64,000 nt of DNA from Waterburya sp. (lineage in GTDB: Bacteria; Cyanobacteriota; Cyanobacteriia; Cyanobacteriales; Xenococcaceae), in contig CBDCJV010000002.1 in NCBI GenBank assembly GCA_965217895.1, forward strand, positions 3,680,001 to 3,744,000, given 5' to 3'. The translations under genes were made by a program, and so were the position numbers. The notes beneath the pieces were generated by a model. It worked only from the letters and a program-made list of their open reading frames with translations. It did not search any database and was not told where the DNA came from. Shown piece after piece: positions 40,372 through 50,325 of the stretch. Positions within the stretch are counted from its first letter, which is position 1, and each line of letters begins with the position of its first letter.

Positions 40372-41520
40372 TCATGATTTAAGCACTTTTTCCAAAGCAT
40401 CTAAGAGTAGTAAAACGTTCTCAGGACGGCTATTGTAGCCCATTAAGCCAATACGCCAGACTTTTCCGCCTAATTCCCCCAAACCGCCTGCAATTTCAAT
40501 ATTATACTCAGTTAGCAGACGTTTGGCGATCGCTTTTCCATCTACGCCATCTGGAATTTTGACGGTGGTTAGGGTAGGCAAACGAAACTCTGGTTCTACA
40601 TGACAGCTTAAGCCTATTTCCCCTAAACCATTCCAGAGCATTTCGGCATTTTGTTGATGGCGTTTCCAGCGTTGCTCTAGTCCTTCTTCGGCTACTAAGC
40701 GTAAAGACTCCCGCAAACCATAGTTAGTATTAATAGGTGCAGTATGATGATACACTCGCTGTTCGCCCCAATATTTAGCCAATAGTGACATATCTAAATA
40801 CCAGTTAGGTACAGGTTTGGCACGATTATTTAGCTTGGCTACTGCACGTTGACTCATAGTAAAAGGAGAAGCACCAGGAGGACAGCCTAACCCTTTTTGG
40901 CTACAGCTATATGCCAGATCGATACCCCATTCATCGATGTATAAAGGAACTCCACCCAAGCTAGTTACCGTATCAACCAAAAGCAGACAATTGTGTTGGC
41001 GACACAGTTCGGCTACTCCTTCTAATGGTTGACGCGCTCCCGTTGAAGTTTCGGCATGAACTAAAGCCAAAACTGCGGGCTTGTGTGTTTGAAGATTAGT
41101 TTTAATCTCTTCTAAGCTAAATACTTGTCCCCAAGGCTTGGTCATGGTGCGGACATCTCCACCATAACGCCCCGCCATATCTACCAAACGAGCGCCAAAA
41201 TAGCCTTTGACCCCTACTAAAACTACATCTCCAGGTTCGACTACATTAGCTAAAGTCGCCTCCATTGCTGCTGTACCTGTACCAGCAACAGAGATTGTCA
41301 GTTCGTTTTCCGTTTGCCAAGCGTAGCGTAAAAGATCTCTAATCTCATCCATCAATGCCAAATAGGTTGGATCGAGATGTCCTACAGGACTAATGCCCAT
41401 AGCAGCAAGAACTCTGGGGTTAACGTTGGCAGGGCCAGGGCCTAATAGCAGGCGCGGAGGCATATCAAGCTGTTTAGTTTGCAGACGATAGCGATCGCTA
41501 ATTCCTGTAGTTGCAACCAT
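40372..41520 (-). CDS. Alanine-glyoxylate/serine-pyruvate aminotransferase (class V)
   Basis: LLLGPGP, VHAETSTG, DTVTSLGG, SCSQKGL, YHHTAP, WRIGLMG. Confidence 0.93.
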   Translation of the reverse strand: MVATTGISDRYRLQTKQLDMPPRLLLGPGPANVNPRVLAAMGISPVGHLDPTYLALMDEIRDLLRYAWQTENELTISVAGTGTAAMEATLANVVEPGDVVLVGVKGYFGARLVDMAGRYGGDVRTMTKPWGQVFSLEEIKTNLQTHKPAVLALVHAETSTGARQPLEGVAELCRQHNCLLLVDTVTSLGGVPLYIDEWGIDLAYSCSQKGLGCPPGASPFTMSQRAVAKLNNRAKPVPNWYLDMSLLAKYWGEQRVYHHTAPINTNYGLRESLRLVAEEGLEQRWKRHQQNAEMLWNGLGEIGLSCHVEPEFRLPTLTTVKIPDGVDGKAIAKRLLTEYNIEIAGGLGELGGKVWRIGLMGYNSRPENVLLLLDALEKVLKS

Positions 41521-41817
41521 ATTTTTAGTTTCTAAATTGTTTATTGCTTTATGCTTTTCTTTGCTTAGTTTACTTGATGAGATTGGGAGAAAACATTGTC
41601 AAACTGAAGCTAGAAATGAAACAAAACATCTAGCGGTGTTCGGTATACCCTCAAGAAACGGTAGTTGGATTTAATTGTGCTGTGTCAAGATAAAATATAT
41701 TGAATCATGAGACTATAAACATAATTGATATATGTATATGGAGAAACAAACAAATGTCAATAATTTGTTACCATTCCCTTTAGTCGATCATTTACAGCAT
41801 TTATAGAGCTAGAATTA

Positions 41818-42576
41818 ATGACCTGTGCCACAGTTAAATTAGATACTCTCAATTTATCTCAAGCCAATCAGAAATTAGAAGATGCGAAAGCATCGTCAGT
41901 GGTTGAATGGAGTTGCAAAACTTTTGGCGATGGCTTGGTAATGACTACCAGCTTTGGTATTCAGGCAGCGGTAATGTTACATCTTGTAACTGAAATAATT
42001 CCCAAGATTCCTGTAATTTGGATCGATACAGGCTATCTCCCTGCTGAAACTTATCAATTTGCCGAACAGCTAACTAAAAAACTCAATCTTAATCTTCACG
42101 TTTATCAGTCTCCTATTTCCCCAGCGCGAATGGAAGCTTTATATGGAAAACTATGGGAACAAAATGATGTAGAAGCCTTTAATCTCTACGATAAAATCCG
42201 TAAAGTCGAACCAATGCAGCGCGCCCTAGACGAGCTTAATGTCACTGCTTGGCTAGCGGGGCTACGTAAAGACCAAACGGAACATCGTCAAAATTTAACT
42301 AGGATAGAACAACAAGATAAGCTATATAAGATTTACCCTATTTTAAATTGGAATGCACGAGATATTTATCAGTATTTGACTGCTCACGATCTTCCTTATC
42401 ATCCTTTTTTCGATCTAGGCTATGTTTCTGTGGGTGATTGGCATTCTAGTCGCCCTTTAACCGCTGATGACACTAATGGTAGAGATACTCGTTTTAATGG
42501 TTTAAAACAAGAATGTGGCTTACATTTACCGCAAACTTCAGGGGAAGAAGAAAGTCTCAATTCTAGCAGCTTATAA
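41818..42576 (+). CDS. cysH: Phosphoadenylyl-sulfate reductase
   Basis: [31 protein letters not shown]. Confidence 0.96.
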   Translation: MTCATVKLDTLNLSQANQKLEDAKASSVVEWSCKTFGDGLVMTTSFGIQAAVMLHLVTEIIPKIPVIWIDTGYLPAETYQFAEQLTKKLNLNLHVYQSPISPARMEALYGKLWEQNDVEAFNLYDKIRKVEPMQRALDELNVTAWLAGLRKDQTEHRQNLTRIEQQDKLYKIYPILNWNARDIYQYLTAHDLPYHPFFDLGYVSVGDWHSSRPLTADDTNGRDTRFNGLKQECGLHLPQTSGEEESLNSSSL

Positions 42577-42640
42577 TATTGGGTTGGGATGAACAGTTAA
42601 ATGTTTTAATCTGGGGACTTAGGGAATTACTTTATCAAAG

Positions 42641-42707
42641 AGTTTGTAGTTCGTAGTCGGATATAAACTACCTATTACCTACCAATTACTAACTACTAAC
42701 TACTAAT
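42641..42707. repeat. STRR heptamer tracts (TAGTTCG; TACTAAC)
   Basis: agtttgtagttcgtagtcgg ... tactaactactaactactaa. Confidence 0.7.
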
Positions 42708-42721
42708 TTTTTTACAGAGAC

Positions 42722-44482
42722 TTACTTTGACTGAGAGGCTTGATATTTAGCTGCTTTTGCTAGTAAAGATTCAGCAAAGGCGATCGCGTCTTCCGCCGAA
42801 TGTCCTCCCGTAATTTGTGCTATTTCTTCGGCACGCATATTATGATCCTTGAGGGATTTTATCCTGACAACTGTACGTATGTCAGCTATACCAGAGTTTT
42901 CGTTTTCCTGCTTAGATTTAGCAGTTTCTTCAATAATGGTTTTCTCAACTTTAAAATGCCCATTTGCCATCGCTGCGATTAATGGTTGGTGGGTAACGCA
43001 TAATACCTGGTGCTGTTTACCTAGCTGGTGCAGCTTCTCGGCGATCGCCTGAGCGACTTTGCCCGAAACCCCTGCATCAATTTCATCAAAGATCAGGGTA
43101 TGAGAACTTGATTCTGCATCACTAAAGCAAGCTTTCAGGGCGAGCAAAAACCGACTCATTTCACCTCCAGAAGCAATTACCGATAATGGCTGTACCGCCT
43201 CTCCTGCATTGGGACTAAAATAAAACACTACCTTGTCTGCACCCATCGCCGTTGGGTTACATTCTATGAGGCGACATTCAAATACTACTTTATCCATCGC
43301 CAGAGGCTTTAACTCTTTGACCAGCTGCTTTTCTAGCTTAACAGCAGCCTTTTGCCTTAGCTGAGTTAGCTTTTGACATTCTACTGTCAAATTAGCTGTT
43401 GCCGACTCATATTCTTGCTGTAAGACTTCAATTGATTGCCCCGCCCCATTCATTTCAGCTAGTTCTTGCTGAAGCTGTTCATAAAGAGCAATCACATCGG
43501 CTAAATCTGGACCATATTTACGGCAAATATTTTTTAGCTGTCTGATTCTCGATTCGATCTCCTCTAAACGCTCTGGATCGGCTTCTAAACCCTCGCTATA
43601 GCTGTTGATTTGCTGTCCTGCTTCGACTATTTGCGCCAAACCAGACTGCACCATTTCTAAAACAGGAGCAAGTTCGGTATCGTATTCCACCATTTCCATC
43701 AGACAAGATTCAGCTTTACCCAAAAGATCTGCCCCCGCAGGTGCATCATAATCTCCCTCATAAAGCATTTGATAGGTTTGGTTGCCTAACTGCTGTAACT
43801 CCACCACATGAGACAGGCGATCGCGTTCTTGCTCCAGTTCGTCTAGTTCATCAGCATCAGTTAGTTCAGCCTCTTTTAAATCCTTAAGCTGAAACTTTAA
43901 CAAGTCTTGACGTTGCAATAGTTCTTGTTCGGACTGAATCCTTTTGTCTAGGGCTTTTCTTGCCTGTTGAGCAGTTTCATAAGCCTGAGTTACTATAGCT
44001 AACTGTTGAGCAATCGACTTGCCACCATAGGCATCTAACAAGTTTCTTTGCCGATCGGAGATTAATAAATTTACGGTTTGTCCTTGGGCTGTAATCTCTA
44101 CCAAGCGCGATCGCAATTCGCTCATCAACTGACGATTAACCAACACGCCGTTTACTCGACTGCGAGATCTAAGGTTAGCCTTGCCATTGACTATTTCACG
44201 GCTACAGATCAGAGTATCTTCTTCTAGGGGATCGATTTCTTGTGCTTCTAGCCATTCATTGAGTCGAGCATTAGTCTGAAAAGTCGCTTCCACTATAGAG
44301 CGATCGCTGCCACTGCGAATCATGCGGATATTGGCTTTCCCGCCCAAAACAATATCAATTGCATCAAGAATAATTGATTTACCTGCCCCAGTTTCTCCTG
44401 TTAAGACGCTTAAACCGTTTTGCAGATTAAGTTCTAAGGAATCAACTAAAGCAAAATTATTAATTTTTAGATTAACGAGCAT
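42722..44482 (-). CDS. recN: DNA repair protein RecN
   Basis: TGETGAGKS, coiled coil, ASGGEMSRFLLALK, FDEIDAGVSG, VTHQP. Confidence 0.97.
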   Translation of the reverse strand: MLVNLKINNFALVDSLELNLQNGLSVLTGETGAGKSIILDAIDIVLGGKANIRMIRSGSDRSIVEATFQTNARLNEWLEAQEIDPLEEDTLICSREIVNGKANLRSRSRVNGVLVNRQLMSELRSRLVEITAQGQTVNLLISDRQRNLLDAYGGKSIAQQLAIVTQAYETAQQARKALDKRIQSEQELLQRQDLLKFQLKDLKEAELTDADELDELEQERDRLSHVVELQQLGNQTYQMLYEGDYDAPAGADLLGKAESCLMEMVEYDTELAPVLEMVQSGLAQIVEAGQQINSYSEGLEADPERLEEIESRIRQLKNICRKYGPDLADVIALYEQLQQELAEMNGAGQSIEVLQQEYESATANLTVECQKLTQLRQKAAVKLEKQLVKELKPLAMDKVVFECRLIECNPTAMGADKVVFYFSPNAGEAVQPLSVIASGGEMSRFLLALKACFSDAESSSHTLIFDEIDAGVSGKVAQAIAEKLHQLGKQHQVLCVTHQPLIAAMANGHFKVEKTIIEETAKSKQENENSGIADIRTVVRIKSLKDHNMRAEEIAQITGGHSAEDAIAFAESLLAKAAKYQASQSK

Positions 44483-44633
44483 CTAGATAAAATTAGGCTG
44501 GCTTGAACCAAAATAATAAATAATTAAATCTGCACTATCAGCAGTTTAGCTGAAGTCACTAAAGATTATTAGTGTTTTTTTATTAAAGTTCGGCTAAAGA
44601 TATACTTAAAAGCTGATTTACCAAACCTAATTT

Positions 44634-45869
44634 ATGAAAAGCGATCGCTGGCGTGAAAAATTTGATTTGCCCCCGTTATTTTGGCTGATAGCTTTAATTG
44701 CTTTCATCAACTCCATCAGTTTTACGATAATTATCCCCCTCATTTATCCCTATGCCAAACAGTTTGGCTTAAGCGACTTACAGGCTAGTTTACTAACTAC
44801 AGCTTTCGCCTTGTCACAGTTTTTTGGTACTCCCATACTAGGAAAACTGTCAGATCGCTTGGGACGCAAATATATATTAGTTTTTAGTTTAGCGGGAACA
44901 GTGGTGGCGAATTTAATTGCCAGTGTGGCTGGGGTTGCCTGGCTGCTGTATGCTGCGCGAGTCTTAGATGGTTTGACTGGAGGGAATACCTCGGTTGCCA
45001 GTGCGGTAATTAGCGATATTACTACTCCCCAGCAACGTCCAAAAGCCTTTGGTATTTTTGGGGCTACCTTTCGCTTGGGGTTTGTCATTGGTCCAGTCTT
45101 AAGCTATTTGGCGCAGCAGTTACCAACTTTTCCTGGGGTTTCCTCTCTGGGAATGAGTTTTTTAGTTAGTGCAGCGATCGCCGCTTTTGCTTCTTTGTTA
45201 ACTTTATTTTTTCTCCCTGAAACCACTTCTCAATCAGGAGAATTTAAATTAAGCTGGGGCGATTTTGCCTTTGGTAAGATTGTCAAATCTGCTACTAGAC
45301 CAAAGTTGGGTAAATTGTTTGTCCTCACTTTTTTAAGCGGTAGTACCTTTACTATCTTTACCTTTGCTTTTCAGCCGTTTTTCTTGTTTGTCTTAAACCA
45401 AGATGCTAAAGGACTGGCAATTATGTTTGCTTTAGTAGGGATACTGGGCTTTATTTCTCAGGTATTTGCCCTTGAACCTTTGAGTAAAAAATTTAATCTA
45501 ATTAATATTATTGGCGTTTCTTTGGTTTTACGGGGGATAACTTTCTTATTGATGCCGACTTTCCCTACCTATGGCGCATTTGTGATTATTTTGATCTTGT
45601 TTGGTTTAGTTAATTCTTTTCCAATGCCTTTGATCGACACAGTGTTATCTCTTAATACAAACAACAAAGAACAAGGAGAAGTGTTGGGGATCAACTCTTC
45701 TTTCTTAAGTATGGCTAATGCGATCGGGCCTGTCATTTCGGGCTTGTTGGTTAGCATAAATTACACCACACCCTTGTGGATCACAGGAGTATTAACTATT
45801 TTAGTTGCTGGATTTGCCTTCAATCTCAAGCCTCAGTTTAAATGTACTAAATCAACGGTTAATAGCTAA
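44634..45869 (+). CDS. MFS transporter (TetA/DHA1-like)
   Basis: Motif A GKLSDRLGRK, ARVLDGLTGG, GFVIGP. Confidence 0.92.
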   Translation: MKSDRWREKFDLPPLFWLIALIAFINSISFTIIIPLIYPYAKQFGLSDLQASLLTTAFALSQFFGTPILGKLSDRLGRKYILVFSLAGTVVANLIASVAGVAWLLYAARVLDGLTGGNTSVASAVISDITTPQQRPKAFGIFGATFRLGFVIGPVLSYLAQQLPTFPGVSSLGMSFLVSAAIAAFASLLTLFFLPETTSQSGEFKLSWGDFAFGKIVKSATRPKLGKLFVLTFLSGSTFTIFTFAFQPFFLFVLNQDAKGLAIMFALVGILGFISQVFALEPLSKKFNLINIIGVSLVLRGITFLLMPTFPTYGAFVIILILFGLVNSFPMPLIDTVLSLNTNNKEQGEVLGINSSFLSMANAIGPVISGLLVSINYTTPLWITGVLTILVAGFAFNLKPQFKCTKSTVNS

Positions 45870-46022
45870 CATTTTGGCGATCGCTACTATCAAAAAGTTT
45901 GTAGTAGGTAGTTCGTCGTTCGTAGTCGGATTTAAATTGGTAACTTGGTGGCAAAGGCATAACTGAGAATAATTGCTTAAACTAAAGGAGATTACGTATA
46001 GTAAATTTTATTTTCGGCTAAT

Positions 46023-46841
46023 ATGGCTACTGGACAAGATACCCTGTGGGAAAAATTTATCCAACCGTTGTTTGGGTTTTTAATCGATCGCGAAGCGTTA
46101 AAAGAACTACACGACAGTATTGACTGGGAAACAGAGGGCGATCGCCTGAGTAATCCTAATTTGATCTATCCTGAATACTATAAATCTCAGAGTTTTCACG
46201 GCATTAAAGGGGGTTATCTTAACTCTAGCGCAGCCGTAACTTACGATCCTGTTACCAAACACGCCTTACCTCCCAATGAAGATTGGAATCGAGAGGCAGT
46301 AATCAAAGCAGTCAAGGGTAATCCTCTTAAAATCATCGATCTTGGCTGTGGAACAGGTTCAACCACGATTATGCTCAAACGGGCTTTTTTTAATGCTGAA
46401 GTTATCGGCTTAGATCTATCTCCGCAAATGCTGGTTATGGCGGAATACAAAGCGCAGCAAGAAAGATTAAATATTCAATGGCTACATGGCTTGGCTGAAA
46501 CAACTAGCTTTGATGACGGCGAATTTGATCTAGTTACCGCCTCATTACTATTTCATGAAACTCCTACTGCAATTTCTCAAGCTGTACTTAAAGAGGGATT
46601 TCGGTTGCTGAAACCAGGAGGACAGGTCATAATTCTGGATGGTCATCAGAAGACTCTGCGTAACACCACATGGCTTACAGACATATTTGAAGAACCTTAT
46701 ATGGAAGAATATGCTAAAGGTAGCGTGGATGCTTGGTTAGGTAAAGCAGGATTTGCTCAGGTATTAACCGAGGATGTTTGGTGGACAAACCAACTAAGTA
46801 CGGGAGTAAAATCGATTAGCAATTTGCAATTGGATAGTTGA
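46023..46841 (+). CDS. Class I SAM-dependent methyltransferase
   Basis: IIDLGCGTG, GLDLSP, SLLFHE, LKPGG. Confidence 0.92.
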   Translation: MATGQDTLWEKFIQPLFGFLIDREALKELHDSIDWETEGDRLSNPNLIYPEYYKSQSFHGIKGGYLNSSAAVTYDPVTKHALPPNEDWNREAVIKAVKGNPLKIIDLGCGTGSTTIMLKRAFFNAEVIGLDLSPQMLVMAEYKAQQERLNIQWLHGLAETTSFDDGEFDLVTASLLFHETPTAISQAVLKEGFRLLKPGGQVIILDGHQKTLRNTTWLTDIFEEPYMEEYAKGSVDAWLGKAGFAQVLTEDVWWTNQLSTGVKSISNLQLDS

Positions 46842-47533
46842 TCAATAAATATATGGGTTTGAAAGCGGTTTTATTAGATTTTAGCGGTGTAATTATCGAT
46901 GACGAAGAGATAAACCAAGCATTAGTTGCAGAAATAATGCTAAGTGAAAATTTACGAGCTGATGAGTCTGAATATGCTCAATATTGTCGAGGTAGAAGCG
47001 ATCGCGCTTGCTTAAAAGATATCTTAGCTAATCGCGGTCGCATTTTACCTGATGAATATCTTAATAAGCTAATTAAAACTAAATCCAATGGTTACCGACA
47101 GCAAATTGATCGATTAGATGAACTGCCTTTATCTCCTAACTTGGCTGAATTTTTGGTGCAGTTAAAGGAACAAGGTATTGCTATTGGCTTAGTAACTGGT
47201 GCAATTCGTTCTGAAGTTGAGTATATTCTGCAAAAGGCTGAACTAGCAGAATACTTTGATGTCATTGTTGCAGGAGATGACCTCGAACAAAGCAAGCCTG
47301 AACCTGAACCCTATTTGCTGGCTTTGAAAAACCTCAGCTTACAGTCATCAGAGTGTTTAGCAATTGAAGACAACCCTGTAGGTATCGAAGCAGCAAAACA
47401 AGCCAAGATCCAGGTAGTAGGTATTTCTTCTATTTATCCTCTGCATATGTTGCAAAGACAAGCTAACTGGACGGTAGATAATTTTTTAGAAATTGAGCTA
47501 GACAGAGTAGACGAAGTATTGTCCCAAGCTTAA
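46838..47533 (+). CDS. HAD-family phosphatase; likely start is ATG 46853
   Basis: LDFSGVIID, VTGA, SKPEPEPY, AIED. Confidence 0.9.
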   Translation: MINKYMGLKAVLLDFSGVIIDDEEINQALVAEIMLSENLRADESEYAQYCRGRSDRACLKDILANRGRILPDEYLNKLIKTKSNGYRQQIDRLDELPLSPNLAEFLVQLKEQGIAIGLVTGAIRSEVEYILQKAELAEYFDVIVAGDDLEQSKPEPEPYLLALKNLSLQSSECLAIEDNPVGIEAAKQAKIQVVGISSIYPLHMLQRQANWTVDNFLEIELDRVDEVLSQA

Positions 47534-47604
47534 TTGAAGCTATTTACAATCAATAGTAGGAAAATATAGCTTTTGATATTTAGTGATGAAATAACCGTTT
47601 TAGG

Positions 47605-47647
47605 AGTGATTTTAATCACATGACATTTTATTAGGTAACTTTATACT
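47605..47647 (+). promoter_or_regulatory. Class II CRP-type promoter, copy 1
   Basis: AGTGA-ttttaa-TCACA (47605-47620; 9/10 to TGTGA-N6-TCACA) and -10 TATACT (47642-47647); site centred at about -41.5. Confidence 0.7.
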
Positions 47648-47704
47648 GGCTTTACAGGAAGAGATAAAACTTTAACAACTTTTTGAATTTGGTCAGTATA
47701 AATC

Positions 47705-47890
47705 ATGAAAAAACAACTATCTTTTGCCCTACTAACTGTTAGTATTTTTAGTCTTAATATTCTTCCAGCAAAAGCTGTTGATACTAACAACATAGAAATT
47801 ACTGATGTACAGGCTGAATCTAAAGTAATCAGCGATGGTCAATGGTGTGTGGAACTCCCTTTCATGGGCTTGTTCTGTTGGGATCTTTAA
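47705..47890 (+). CDS. Small secreted prepropeptide, copy 1 (core QWCVELPFMGLFCWDL)
   Basis: Signal peptide ending in AKA; paralogue at 48125 shows synonymous and conservative changes; own promoter and terminator. Confidence 0.88.
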   Translation: MKKQLSFALLTVSIFSLNILPAKAVDTNNIEITDVQAESKVISDGQWCVELPFMGLFCWDL

Positions 47891-47944
47891 AAATTTCTAT
47901 TATTGCTGTTGTTGAAAAATTGTTTTAATCAAATATTTATATTA

Positions 47945-47978
47945 AAAGCACGACTTAAATAGTAAGTCGTGCTTTTTT
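47945..47978 (+). terminator. Intrinsic terminator of peptide copy 1
   Basis: aaaagcacgactta-aatag-taagtcgtgctttttt. Confidence 0.85.
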
Positions 47979-48025
47979 GATTGATCGACAATCATTTTAA
48001 TGAGTGATTAAGTAACCGTTTAAGT

Positions 48026-48068
48026 AGTGATCTTAGTCATATAATATCTTATTTAGCAACTTTATACT
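48026..48068 (+). promoter_or_regulatory. Class II CRP-type promoter, copy 2
   Basis: AGTGA-tcttag-TCATA (48026-48041) and TATACT (48063-48068); same spacing as copy 1. Confidence 0.65.
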
Positions 48069-48124
48069 GGCTTTATAGAAAAGAAAAAACTTTAACAACT
48101 TTTTGAATTTAGCCAGTATAAATC

Positions 48125-48310
48125 ATGAAAAAACAACTATCTTTTGCCCTATTAAGTGTTAGTATTTTTAGTCTTAATATTCTTCCAGCAAAAGCTATTG
48201 ATACTAACGATTTAGAGATTTCTAATGTTCAAGCTGAATCTAATGCGATCGCTAATGCTCAATGGTGTGTAGAAATTCCTTACATGGGTGTATTTTGTTG
48301 GGATCTTTAA
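48125..48310 (+). CDS. Small secreted prepropeptide, copy 2 (core QWCVEIPYMGVFCWDL)
   Basis: Tandem duplicate of 47705-47890 at a 420-nt period. Confidence 0.88.
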   Translation: MKKQLSFALLSVSIFSLNILPAKAIDTNDLEISNVQAESNAIANAQWCVEIPYMGVFCWDL

Positions 48311-48323
48311 AAACTTCTATTAT

Positions 48324-48576
48324 ACGTCTGGTGTGAATTAAAACTTGCTTTTAGGATAGATTTGGTTATGGAAATATTAGCTTTTTCGAGTTGCAGGAGA
48401 ATAAACACGCCTCCTAAGCTATAAAAAGTGATGAATTTTCACGTAGTTTTCTAAAGCTAATAGCAGGCTTTGGAAAGCCTCGCCTGCACAAAGTGCAGTC
48501 GGCGAACTCCAGTTCGCGCTGATAGCTAATAGCTAAAAACTAGTAAATTAGAGCGAAGCTAATTCACACTAAGCGT
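48324..48576. mobile_element. 253-bp MITE (AC...GT ends, IS982-like) with a nested small dispersed repeat
   Basis: TIR acgtctggtgtgaatta / taattcacactaagcgt; ATTAT duplicated at 48319-23 and 48577-81; empty site preserved after peptide copy 1. Confidence 0.88.
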
Positions 48577-48609
48577 ATTATTGCTATTATTAGAAAATTA
48601 TTTTAATTA

Positions 48610-48641
48610 AAAACGCGACTTACTGTTTAAGTCGCGTTTTT
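48610..48641 (+). terminator. Intrinsic terminator of peptide copy 2
   Basis: aaaacgcgactta-ctgtt-taagtcgcgttttt; homologous to 47945-47978. Confidence 0.8.
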
Positions 48642-48742
48642 GCACTATTGAAAATAATATATAGCCATAGTTTTAATAACATAATCAATCTATGGCTATC
48701 TGAATTTTTTATCCTCAAGATCGGCTGATTCGCTCTTAAGCA

Positions 48743-50029
48743 CTATCCATACTGTTCTTCTGTATCCAAATCAAATAGCATTTGTAAAGAACGTAAACAA
48801 TGACGGCGCGCTTCGATGTCTTGCTGCGCTCTCAACTGCACCATCGGTTCATGAAGAATTTTATTCACAATTCCTCTGGTTAATGCTTCAATTACTTCTT
48901 GGTGCTTTTCTCCAAACTCTGAACCTAAGCGAGATAAAGCTTTTTCCATTTCTTGTTCGCGAATGCTTTCTACTTTACTACGCAAACAGCTAATTGTCGG
49001 AACTGTTTCGAGCGATCGCCACCACAAAATATAATTATTAACTTCTTCTTCGATAATGCCTTCTGCCTCTAGGGCTATCTTACGTCGGCTTTCCTGATTT
49101 GCTGCTACCACTGCTTTAAGATCGTCAACATTATAAGCGTTAACATATTTAATTTCGTTTACGTCGGCTGCAACATTACGGGGAACCGAAATATCAACTA
49201 ACATCAAGGATCTATCCAAAGTTAGTTCAGTTTCTAATTTGGTTCTATTGAGTATCGGTTCAGTAGCTCCAGTACTGGTAAAAACAAGATCCGATGTAGC
49301 AACTGCTTTCATCATCTCGCTAATCGGATAAATAGTAATATTGGCTTGAGCAAACTGTTCGCAGAGTTTTTGCGCCCGTCTGTGGGAACGATTGACGATC
49401 GCAATATCTGTTACGCCTTTAGACAGCAAATGCTTGACTAGCAAGCAAGCCATCTTACCTGCACCAATAATAGCAATGCTATTGGCAGTCAGATTATCAA
49501 CTTTGGTATAGACCAATTCTACAGCAGCCGAACTAATCGAAACTGCACCTGTTCCAATACTAGTTTCGCTACGAACTCTTTTGCCTGTAGAAATAGCTTG
49601 TTTGAATAGGCGATCAAGCAATCTGCCTAGACCTTGATATTTTTGTCCTAGCTTATGGGTATTTTTTACCTGAGCTAGTATCTGTCCCTCTCCTAGAACT
49701 AAACTTTCCAAACCTGCCGACACACGCATCAAATGGCGCAAAGCATCTTCTCTTAAGAGGGTAAACAGGTTAGGGCGAAGTTCCCGCAAGGAAATTTTGG
49801 CTTTCTCGGCTAAGAACTGACTAATTTCTTTAACACCCTGCTCTATATCTAAAGCTACACCATATATTTCTAAACGATTACAGGTGCTAATAATGGCTAT
49901 TTCCTCAATGTGAGGATAACCTTTGAGCGTTGCGATCGCATTTTCTATCTGAGCTTCGGAAATACTTAATTTTTCCCGCACTTCAACTAAGGCAGTTTTG
50001 TGACTTAAACCAACAACTACAATATTCAT
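48743..50029 (-). CDS. hemA: Glutamyl-tRNA reductase (start ATG 50029, [11 protein letters not shown])
   Basis: [40 protein letters not shown]. Confidence 0.97.
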   Translation of the reverse strand: MNIVVVGLSHKTALVEVREKLSISEAQIENAIATLKGYPHIEEIAIISTCNRLEIYGVALDIEQGVKEISQFLAEKAKISLRELRPNLFTLLREDALRHLMRVSAGLESLVLGEGQILAQVKNTHKLGQKYQGLGRLLDRLFKQAISTGKRVRSETSIGTGAVSISSAAVELVYTKVDNLTANSIAIIGAGKMACLLVKHLLSKGVTDIAIVNRSHRRAQKLCEQFAQANITIYPISEMMKAVATSDLVFTSTGATEPILNRTKLETELTLDRSLMLVDISVPRNVAADVNEIKYVNAYNVDDLKAVVAANQESRRKIALEAEGIIEEEVNNYILWWRSLETVPTISCLRSKVESIREQEMEKALSRLGSEFGEKHQEVIEALTRGIVNKILHEPMVQLRAQQDIEARRHCLRSLQMLFDLDTEEQYG

Positions 50030-50325
50030 TATTTTTGGCAAATTTTGCTCTAATTTAATGTTTATAGCTAGTACCGTATAAAGACTGAGCAATCTATGAC
50101 TAAATGCTCAACATAAATATTAAAGCTAAAGATTTTCTAAATTATAAAGTTACGTATCAATCAATTTTTTTTATTCAAGTTTGAGATGGAAAGAGATCAC
50201 AGCAGAAAATCCTTTTTCTGGCTGTAGATCTTTATCTTCAATCGTTTATACAGTTTTACTGTAGCTGTTTGCGTGTCCACTCAATCAAGATTTACATAAC
50301 TTCAAAGGTGAACACGACTACTCCT

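Noticed and set aside
41520..41818. Glycine riboswitch upstream of the aminotransferase
   Set aside because: No recognisable aptamer consensus
46023..47533. Methyltransferase and HAD genes as tailoring enzymes for the tandem peptides
   Set aside because: Both look like widespread cyanobacterial housekeeping-type proteins, and the peptides have their own promoters. Adjacency is the only link.
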